Shown: in pieces, positions 56,361 through 64,000 of the stretch | Position numbering within the stretch: position 1 is the stretch's first letter | Layout: every line of letters begins with the position of its first letter | Virus record (IMG/VR): IMGVR_UViG_3300023179_000013 | Span: 32,001-96,000 of that record | Length of the DNA stretch: 64,000 bases | Direction: 5' to 3' (one strand) | From: a virus | Notes under the pieces: generated by a model | What the model saw: the letters and a program-made list of their open reading frames with translations, nothing else | Database searches by the model: none | What the model was told of the DNA's origin: nothing | Program-made: the position numbers and the translations under genes

Positions 56361-58646
56361 ATGCCATCACCTACACCAGAAGAAATACAAAGAGAACAGG
56401 AACGACTGGAACTCATACAAAAGCAAAATGCCGCTGCTAAAGAACTAGCTAGTACATACGAGAAAATGGCTAAGACTGCTGGGGGATTAAATAATGAAGA
56501 AAAAGAAATACTTGATATATCTAAAAAAATATCAAAAGCCGCTTCTGAAACTGAAAAAAGCACTAATAAACGTTTAGATAAAACTTCTAGTGTAAAAGAT
56601 CTAAATAAATCTATACAAGCATTACAATTTTCTCAACTTAAGAATGCTGATATTGCTAATAAATTAGAAAAAGCAAAAATAGATGCTATAAATGAATCTT
56701 TATCTGCTCGTGTAAGAGAAATAGATCTTAATAAAAAATTAGCAGCAGAATTAGATAAACAACAAGAAATTCAAGACCGAATTGAAGAAATAAAAAGAGC
56801 ACAAGGTCCGCTAGATAAAGCAGCATTAGCCCTCGCTAGAGAAGAAGAAAAAAGTAGTAAAGCAGTTTTAGATATCCATGAAAAGAATCTTAAAAAAACG
56901 ATTGAAACAAAAGATCAACAAAGAAATTTAGCTATACAATTAGACGATGCCGCTAAAGCCCATCAAACTATAATAAAGGAACAACAAGAAGAACTTGAAT
57001 TAACTAAAAAAGAAATAGCATTAAGACAACAGAAAAGTATACTTGATGCATTAGAAGAAAAATTTAATGTTAAGAAGATTAAAGACATGATGACTTTAGG
57101 AGGTTTATTTAAAGTCATGCTAGAATCTGCTCTTAAATTCAATGAAATATCAGTACAGATAAGTAAAAATTTAGGTTATGGTGCTAGTGAGGCAAATAGA
57201 GTAACGGATAATTTAGTAAGTGTAGCCCAAAATTCAAGCAACATAAATGTTACTTTAAAAAATGCCGGTGAGGCAATGAATGAATTGAATACTTCTACTG
57301 GATTAGTAGCAGAATATTCAGCAGATACTCTTGAAACCCAAATAATGTTAACTAAACAATTTGGGTTACAAGCAGATGAAGCAGCAGGAATATATAGACT
57401 TTCTGTTTTAAATAATAAATCTGCTTCTGACACTAACAAAGCAATGGTTGGTGCTTTTGTTGCTGCTAGAAATTCATTTAAAGTAGGAGCTAATTTTAAA
57501 CAAGTAATGGCTGAGGCAGCTAAAGTTTCTGGCCAATTAGCCGCAACTTTAGGATACAACCCAGAACGTATTACTAAAGCAGTAGTAGCAATGAAAGCAT
57601 TTGGTACTACGCTTGAACAAACTAAAGCACAGGGTGATGCACTCTTAAATTTTGAATCCTCAATTGAAAATGAACTTAAAGCTGAGTTGTTAACAGGAGA
57701 ACAAATGAACTTAGAAAGAGCTAGAGCAGCTGCTTTAGCTGGTGACCAAGTAGCATTAGCAGAAGAACTTGCTAATCAAGGAATGACACTTGAGAAATTC
57801 TCAAGTATGAATGTACTTGCCCAAAAAGCGTATGCAGAGGCTTTAGGTTTAAATGCAGATCAATTATCTGATCAATTACAAAAGCAAAAACAAGCTGAAG
57901 AAAGTGGAAAAACATTAGCACAAATAACAGAAGAAGAAGCATTAGAAGCACAAAAAAGACAAACAATACAAGAAAAATTTAATGGTGCTATTGAAAAATT
58001 ACAAGATTTCTTTGGTAATTTAGTAGCAGGTCCTCTTGGTAAGTTTTTAGACATATTAAGTACAGCTATGGGGTATATAACTTCAATAGGTGCTGGATTA
58101 GCTGTTTGGTATACTACTTCTAAATTAATAGCCGGTTCTCAAGCCTTGATTGCTTGGTATTCTCAACAAAAATTAATTGCTGATCGATTAGGAGTTGGAG
58201 TAGGTAATGTAGTAATTGCCCAATTAGGTAGAATGTTAGGTATATCAACAGCAAAAGCAGTTGCTGAAACTACAGCGGCAACCGCTTTATCTTTTGGTAC
58301 TTTACTTCCAATCATATTAGGAGCAGGTGCTGCTATATATGGTTTAATATCATCCTTTAAAGGAGATGACATAATGTCTGAGGGTGGCTATGGTAAACGC
58401 ACATTACTTGCACCAGAAGGAGCTATCAAATTAAATGATAAAGACACAGTAGTAGCAGGTACTAATTTAGGTGGAGGTGGTGGCGGTGAAGCTATTTCTC
58501 CTTCAATTGATTTAACACCAATGATCGCTGCTATTAATTCTGTTAAAGCCTCTATTGATAGGTTATATGAAAAAGACACATCAGTTAACATGGATGGTAA
58601 AAAAGTTGGTTCAACACTAACACAAGGTTCATATAAAGTAGCATAA
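56361..58646 (+). CDS. Tape measure protein
   Basis: Long helical Ala/Leu/Glu-rich protein; LLNFESSIENEL; hydrophobic segments; C-terminal MDGKKVG. Confidence 0.85.
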   Translation: MPSPTPEEIQREQERLELIQKQNAAAKELASTYEKMAKTAGGLNNEEKEILDISKKISKAASETEKSTNKRLDKTSSVKDLNKSIQALQFSQLKNADIANKLEKAKIDAINESLSARVREIDLNKKLAAELDKQQEIQDRIEEIKRAQGPLDKAALALAREEEKSSKAVLDIHEKNLKKTIETKDQQRNLAIQLDDAAKAHQTIIKEQQEELELTKKEIALRQQKSILDALEEKFNVKKIKDMMTLGGLFKVMLESALKFNEISVQISKNLGYGASEANRVTDNLVSVAQNSSNINVTLKNAGEAMNELNTSTGLVAEYSADTLETQIMLTKQFGLQADEAAGIYRLSVLNNKSASDTNKAMVGAFVAARNSFKVGANFKQVMAEAAKVSGQLAATLGYNPERITKAVVAMKAFGTTLEQTKAQGDALLNFESSIENELKAELLTGEQMNLERARAAALAGDQVALAEELANQGMTLEKFSSMNVLAQKAYAEALGLNADQLSDQLQKQKQAEESGKTLAQITEEEALEAQKRQTIQEKFNGAIEKLQDFFGNLVAGPLGKFLDILSTAMGYITSIGAGLAVWYTTSKLIAGSQALIAWYSQQKLIADRLGVGVGNVVIAQLGRMLGISTAKAVAETTAATALSFGTLLPIILGAGAAIYGLISSFKGDDIMSEGGYGKRTLLAPEGAIKLNDKDTVVAGTNLGGGGGGEAISPSIDLTPMIAAINSVKASIDRLYEKDTSVNMDGKKVGSTLTQGSYKVA

Positions 58647-58653
58647 CTTTTTA

Positions 58654-58661
58654 ATATTTAT
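58654..58661 (+). promoter_or_regulatory. ATATTTAT putative late promoter
   Basis: Upstream of 58687. Confidence 0.65.
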
Positions 58662-58686
58662 ATCAAACCACTAAAATAATATAATC

Positions 58687-59028
58687 ATGCCAATTATTGA
58701 TCAATTATCAAACAGCACTTTAAGCTTACAAGGCAATGGATTTAATCCACAACAACAGCAAGCTGGTTGGGGTTATATTGACGCTTCAGCTAATCTAGAT
58801 CCAGATGCTAGTAAATTACAAAACACATATTCTGTTAATTCTATCCCACAAGTTAGATTAAAAGACTTTAACAGAAATGGTAATACTACAGTTAAACCTG
58901 AATCCCAATTAGATGAATTAGATAATAGGGCTCCAAATATGCAACCTATTGGAGTAGTATCTCAAATCTATAAATCTAAACAAGGTCGTCAATATAAGCA
59001 ATTAGGCCCAAGAGACGGACGCTATTAA
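58687..59028 (+). CDS. Hypothetical baseplate-region protein
   Basis: 113-aa ORF with own ATATTTAT motif. Confidence 0.65.
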   Translation: MPIIDQLSNSTLSLQGNGFNPQQQQAGWGYIDASANLDPDASKLQNTYSVNSIPQVRLKDFNRNGNTTVKPESQLDELDNRAPNMQPIGVVSQIYKSKQGRQYKQLGPRDGRY

Positions 59029-59036
59029 TTATATAA

Positions 59037-61298
59037 ATGCCTTTAATAGACTTACAAACAAACTTAAAGTCACTTAAGTATGGTTCTGACCGCCAAGGCG
59101 GAGGCGATAGTGGTCTGCCTTATATAAAAACAGATATTAATACTGTTGATAGACCATTTAATAGATTACGTTTAACTAAATTTGATGATGGATTAGTTAG
59201 AGGTGGATTCATTGGAGCGCTTAATGCCTCTGTAGTAGATACTTTACGTATAGGTAAATTTCTAACTGATTTTCCAAAAGGTCCCTTATTCATAACTAAA
59301 CAAGTTGGTCTACAATTATCAAATCCTAAATTAGAATCTAAAAAAGGTGCAACTAATTTCTTTGCTAAAGAACCAACTCGTATCTATAATTTAGGGATTA
59401 ATACAATAGCTCAAATACCAGTTAATGCTTTTGGTGGCCACTTTAATAGACATGGCATATTACCTGTACAGACAGATGACACCAAATATCTTAGTGTTGT
59501 TCAATTTAATAATGAAAATAACGACAATAGATTATTAAAGTTAACTGATAAATTCAAATTAGGAGACCCAAAAGGAACTGTTAATATAAACAGTGGTGTA
59601 AATAAAGTCAGAAACTTTTTTGGTAATTTAGCTACTACTTTTGGAGTAAATATTCGTGGACTAAAACCAGAACAATTAGTTATAGATGAATATAAAGGAG
59701 GACCTAGCTCTGTTTATGGTATTTTAGGAAGTACTACTATTAATAGAACACTCCAAATTACCAATGACTCAAAGAAAATATCTGATTCTAAAACATGGAG
59801 TTCAAATTATGCTGGCAAAACCAGAAGTGATGAAGGAAATGGAGAATCAGTTAAGATTAAGGAAACAACAGATTATGGTTTATCTAATTTAACGGGTTCT
59901 ATTTTTAGTTCTAAGCCTTTTGAATTATTTAATAAAATACCTAACCCTAATACTTCTTTTTTAACATATGTTGCTAAAACTGCTGATACTGGATCTGAAA
60001 ATAAATCTCGCTTAAAAGCAGAACAAAACATATTTTATTATGGAGCTCTAGGAGTATCTAAACAATACTTTAAATCAGGAAGTGAAGCTAATCAAAATAT
60101 TGGTATTTATCCTAATACCCAAAACATAACTATTCCAAATGGTTTTGATTCAACTAGAGATGCTTTAATTGGTAGTGAAGTAGAAACAAATGTTCCTCCT
60201 ACTACTGAAATCAAATTAGGAAACATCAATAAAAGCTATCAGGCGTATAAAAAAATTATTGATTCTAGACAATTAAGAGGAGCGGGTGATATAGATAAAG
60301 TAGGAGGACAGATAGCTAATGAATTTGGATTATATGACCAAAGATCAGGAGAAAAATATGTAGGAGACGCAAATCCTATAAATGGTATTTTACCTTCCGC
60401 TACTTCATACCCATTATATGAAAATGGATATGGAGAAGTAGTAAGAATAAACATACCGTGGAATAAAGTTGCTCGTGAATTAAGAGTAGGAAGTGGCAGA
60501 CAAGATTTAATTAATTTAACTCCAATGTTTGATGAAAACAAATATTTTGGAGCAGATATATCTCCTCTTGGGGGAAGAATAAGAGATTTAGTACGTTTTA
60601 GAATACAAGCCGTAAATACTGACAGTCCAGATAATGGAACTTGGATGGTATTTAGAGCATATATAACGGATCTATCTGATGATACAAATGCAGAATGGAA
60701 TGATGTAAAATATGCTGGTAGAGGAGATAAATTTTTCATATATAATGGATTTACCCGTAAAATAAGTGTTAGTTTTAAAATAGCAGCATTGTCAGAAGAG
60801 GAAATGAAATATATATATCAAAAACTAAACTTCTTAATGGGCCAAGCAATGCCTGATTATAGCGGAGTATTAATGAGAGGACCACTTGTAAGAATGTCTA
60901 TAGGAAGCTGGATAGATAGCCAATTAGGAATTATCAATTCAGTAGCATTTAAGGTTCCTCAAGATTCACCTTGGGAAATATCAGTAGATGAAACAGAAGG
61001 AGGAGTAGGTCGATTAATATTGCCTCATATAGTAGAAGTAACATTATCCTTTACTCCTATTGGTTCTGAAACTAGAGGTGAAAATCTTATTACTAAAAAA
61101 TCTACTACTACATCTCATATTGCTCAAAATAATACTGGAGCTGATGTATCAACATTACAATATATAACAGCTCAGGATGAAGAAGATGTTACTGATGCTG
61201 GTGATGAATTAATAACAAATGAGGATTTAAGTAATAGACTTACAGCTAGAAGATTACGAGCTAAAAATTTACGTAACGCCAATAACAAGAAAAAGTAA
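59037..61298 (+). CDS. Baseplate/tube-initiator-like protein
   Basis: C-terminal tube-fold-like region FRAYITDLSD...W...YAGRGD...TRKISVSF...PWEI. Confidence 0.65.
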   Translation: MPLIDLQTNLKSLKYGSDRQGGGDSGLPYIKTDINTVDRPFNRLRLTKFDDGLVRGGFIGALNASVVDTLRIGKFLTDFPKGPLFITKQVGLQLSNPKLESKKGATNFFAKEPTRIYNLGINTIAQIPVNAFGGHFNRHGILPVQTDDTKYLSVVQFNNENNDNRLLKLTDKFKLGDPKGTVNINSGVNKVRNFFGNLATTFGVNIRGLKPEQLVIDEYKGGPSSVYGILGSTTINRTLQITNDSKKISDSKTWSSNYAGKTRSDEGNGESVKIKETTDYGLSNLTGSIFSSKPFELFNKIPNPNTSFLTYVAKTADTGSENKSRLKAEQNIFYYGALGVSKQYFKSGSEANQNIGIYPNTQNITIPNGFDSTRDALIGSEVETNVPPTTEIKLGNINKSYQAYKKIIDSRQLRGAGDIDKVGGQIANEFGLYDQRSGEKYVGDANPINGILPSATSYPLYENGYGEVVRINIPWNKVARELRVGSGRQDLINLTPMFDENKYFGADISPLGGRIRDLVRFRIQAVNTDSPDNGTWMVFRAYITDLSDDTNAEWNDVKYAGRGDKFFIYNGFTRKISVSFKIAALSEEEMKYIYQKLNFLMGQAMPDYSGVLMRGPLVRMSIGSWIDSQLGIINSVAFKVPQDSPWEISVDETEGGVGRLILPHIVEVTLSFTPIGSETRGENLITKKSTTTSHIAQNNTGADVSTLQYITAQDEEDVTDAGDELITNEDLSNRLTARRLRAKNLRNANNKKK

Positions 61299-61300
61299 AC

Positions 61301-61609
61301 ATGGCTACTAGATACGATAGTAAAACTACATTAGTTACCCCACAAGGTAAGCCTTACTATAAAAGTAAACAATATCCTAATATTCCTTTATCTGAGGATG
61401 ATGTTTATGTAATAACTAATATAGGAGATAGACTTGATCTTTTAGCTTATTCTTATTATGGTGATGTAGAAATGTGGTGGGTAATATCAGCCGCTAATAA
61501 CAATGTAACTAAAGGTTCTATGTTTCCTATCCCAGGTACTCAATTAAGGATACCAACAAATTTAGGTAATGTTTTAAATCTATTTGATCAATTTAATAAA
61601 GCTAGATAA
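61301..61609 (+). CDS. LysM-like baseplate protein (gp53/P2 gpX-like)
   Basis: GDRLDLLAYSYYGDVEMWWVISAAN...GTQLRIP. Confidence 0.85.
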   Translation: MATRYDSKTTLVTPQGKPYYKSKQYPNIPLSEDDVYVITNIGDRLDLLAYSYYGDVEMWWVISAANNNVTKGSMFPIPGTQLRIPTNLGNVLNLFDQFNKAR

Positions 61610-61613
61610 TGTT

Positions 61614-64000
61614 ATGTCAATATTTAAAGATTCATTCAATCTATCCATTCAAGACCAGATTAGTCTTCGTCAAAAGGCGTTAACTAATCGTACCTCTAAA
61701 AATCTTACTTATTACAATTCACGCAATGCTTGGATAAGGTTATCTTCTAGTGTGAATATATATAAAGGAAGTGGTGATATTGAAGATGAAAATAATTATA
61801 CAAACGATTTAGCAAAAAAATATATTCTACAAGGAGGAATATTAAATGAATCTATAAGTGGTGAAGGACAACTGCGTGAAGGAATAGGTGATTTTTCTAA
61901 AGCATATAGTACAAATACTTCTGATGGAAGATTTTATCGTTTAGGTATTCGCCCAATGCCTGGTATTATTGATGTTGACATTAAATCAAAAGGAGCATAT
62001 GGCTCCTTAAGAGAAGCAACAATTAAATTCCAGTGTTGGGATATTAAACAATTAGAAGATTTAGAGTTACTCTATATGCGCCCTGGATATAGTTTATTAT
62101 TAGAATGGGGATGGTCTCCATATCTAGATAATAAAGAGGGATTAAACACCACAGTACAGTACGGCGATATTATAAATAGTAAACCAACAAAAGAATTATT
62201 ATTTAAACAACAATACGCTAAAGCTACAGACGGAAAGTATAAAGAAGATGGAAAAGTTGTTGAAATAAAAGGATATGAAGGTAATTATGATTCAATGTAT
62301 GGTTTTATTAAAAACTACAGTTGGAAAGCTAGACCAGATGGAGGATATGATTGCCAAACTAATATTATATCAATGGGGGAAATTATTGAATCTTTAAAAG
62401 TAAACTACTCTCCTTTTGATAATATAAGTAAAATTACATCAGTAGGATTATTATCTCCCAATTTACAATTACCTGGTGAAGTTGTACCTGATATATCAAA
62501 AATGAACCTATCCAGCTCTTATGCTCAAAATATATTAGCTGGTCTTTTTGAAGAAATGTATAAGGTTACAAGACAAATTGGAAGTGAAACTAGTGATGTT
62601 GGTGAGCATTTTCTTTTGTATGACAAACAATATAAAAATTATTATGATGTTTTTCATAAAACAATTAATATAAGATCATCAGCAGAAGACCAAACTGGAG
62701 GGGAAGACATAGGTAAAAACGATGAACAAATATATGTAACTTTAGAAGGATTAACAAGATTAATTAATAACTATGTTTTATTAAAAGATCAAAAAGCTGA
62801 TTTACCTTTTGCTGGTTTATCCGTATTTGAAGGTGATGCTGCTGATTCTAATGCAATCACTGGAAAAGGGTATTTGTTAGGTTTAGCTCATCCTCTTCAA
62901 TTATCTATAGATCCTACTGTTTGTTTAATAAAAAACAAATTATGGTCAGGAGGAATAAAATTTAATGCCCAACCTAATGTCCCTCCTGATACAGGAAGTG
63001 TTGTATTAAAATATGGAAACGGAAACTACGACCCTTCAACTCCAGATGGAGAAAAATTTTGGACTGATTTAGTAACAAAACTTATAGCAGCTGATGGTTC
63101 AGATGATGAAAAAATAAATAATGATCTTATACAATATGTTCAAAAACATGTTGGAAGAGAACCCAATGCTGCTATTGAAGAACTTAAAGAAATCCAAAGA
63201 AATTTTTTACTTATTCAAAATGGTACTGCTGTAGATAGCAAAAAACAACTATTTAATCCAATAGCAGATAAAAAGGGTCATAAGATATCGGAATATTATA
63301 GTTTTTATGATTTGTTAGATGAAGGACTAAATGAAGAACAAATAAACAAAGCTCTTACTTTTAACAATGGAAATGAAAGTGTAAATTACAGTAATTTACA
63401 AGAGCGTGCTAAGGCTGCTGTACAGGCACAAAAAATAGTCGATGCTGCTACTCAAAATCCAGAAGACATTGCTAATCAACAAATAGCAGAGGTTAAAAAA
63501 GATCTTGATGAAAAACAAGAAAGTCTTGAAAATCTTGCTTTTTTAGATAATTTAAAACGTCCATATTTTATTGATGATGGAGATTATAAAAAAGAATTAG
63601 GCATTATAGGTAACATATATGTTAATTTAGGTATGCTATATAACATGTGTGCTAGTTCTGATTTAGCTGCTCAAGACACAAAGGAAAAGAATGATATTGC
63701 TTTGTATGATTTTATGAAAAATGTTTTGAAAAAAATATCAACAGCTATTGGAGAAGTAAATAATTTTGAATTGTTTATAGACCCTAATACTAATCTTGCC
63801 AAGATTATAGATATCAACTATGTTGATAGAAATAATCCAAACACAGCATATAAAAATGCTTTTGAAATACAAGTTCAAAATACTAATTCTATTGTAAGAT
63901 CATATAATCTTGAATCCCAAATATTCCAGGACCAATCTACTATGATAGCAATTGGTGCCCAAGCTGGGGGAGGAGCATTAGCTGCTGATACTACAACATT
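61614..64000 (+). CDS. Large baseplate hub-like protein (3' truncated; not in ORF track)
   Basis: ATG 61614 MSIFKDSF...RPMPGI...GSLREATIKF...YMRPGYSLLLEWGW; appears to run off the window end. Confidence 0.7.
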   Translation, partial: MSIFKDSFNLSIQDQISLRQKALTNRTSKNLTYYNSRNAWIRLSSSVNIYKGSGDIEDENNYTNDLAKKYILQGGILNESISGEGQLREGIGDFSKAYSTNTSDGRFYRLGIRPMPGIIDVDIKSKGAYGSLREATIKFQCWDIKQLEDLELLYMRPGYSLLLEWGWSPYLDNKEGLNTTVQYGDIINSKPTKELLFKQQYAKATDGKYKEDGKVVEIKGYEGNYDSMYGFIKNYSWKARPDGGYDCQTNIISMGEIIESLKVNYSPFDNISKITSVGLLSPNLQLPGEVVPDISKMNLSSSYAQNILAGLFEEMYKVTRQIGSETSDVGEHFLLYDKQYKNYYDVFHKTINIRSSAEDQTGGEDIGKNDEQIYVTLEGLTRLINNYVLLKDQKADLPFAGLSVFEGDAADSNAITGKGYLLGLAHPLQLSIDPTVCLIKNKLWSGGIKFNAQPNVPPDTGSVVLKYGNGNYDPSTPDGEKFWTDLVTKLIAADGSDDEKINNDLIQYVQKHVGREPNAAIEELKEIQRNFLLIQNGTAVDSKKQLFNPIADKKGHKISEYYSFYDLLDEGLNEEQINKALTFNNGNESVNYSNLQERAKAAVQAQKIVDAATQNPEDIANQQIAEVKKDLDEKQESLENLAFLDNLKRPYFIDDGDYKKELGIIGNIYVNLGMLYNMCASSDLAAQDTKEKNDIALYDFMKNVLKKISTAIGEVNNFELFIDPNTNLAKIIDINYVDRNNPNTAYKNAFEIQVQNTNSIVRSYNLESQIFQDQSTMIAIGAQAGGGALAADTTT

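Noticed and set aside
189-60739. Minus-strand ORFs in the track, and alternate-frame + ORFs at 6758, 19289, 19703 and 46986
   Set aside because: They lie within or across strongly supported + strand genes, have shadow-like composition and show no motifs.
1-64000. Stop-codon reassignment
   Set aside because: Core genes are full length in the standard code, and both TGA and TAG end genes.
1-64000. tRNA, rRNA, integrase or IS elements
   Set aside because: Intergenic gaps are short and I saw no cloverleaf, transposase or recombinase motifs by eye; tRNAscan-SE would confirm.
52952-64000. Bacterial contractile injection system or tailocin
   Set aside because: Terminase, portal, protease, capsid and primase genes in the same window show a complete phage.

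Overview
All 64 kb look like part of a large, AT-rich, T4-like myophage genome, with every credible gene on the + strand. Host is probably Bacteroidota (inferred): there are TTTG-N19/20-TAnnTTTA promoters, no Shine-Dalgarno signals, and an A-Q type signal peptide. Gene order: primase end and exonuclease; a ~17 kb block of small or modular accessory proteins; a possible lysis pair; terminase, portal, more head-associated proteins, prohead protease and scaffold; two tandem major capsid paralogs; PhoH; neck proteins; a 2621-aa fibre, three LamG paralogs and a second fibre; sheath, tube, chaperone, tape measure and baseplate genes. An ATATTTAT motif precedes 18 genes or operons. Best leads: (1) a capsid-targeting and protease-processing grammar (MIKLxDLLxE, LxxIIREE and RMQxLAG motifs plus LxE sites) on about 20 proteins that carry enzyme cargo; (2) an [ST]-[GAS]-S motif concentrated in virion-surface proteins, possibly a modification sequon; (3) duplicated capsid genes with divergent central domains and a hairpin between them; (4) a predicted +1 frameshift in the chaperone gene before the tape measure. 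All product calls come from reading motifs by eye; no searches were run.
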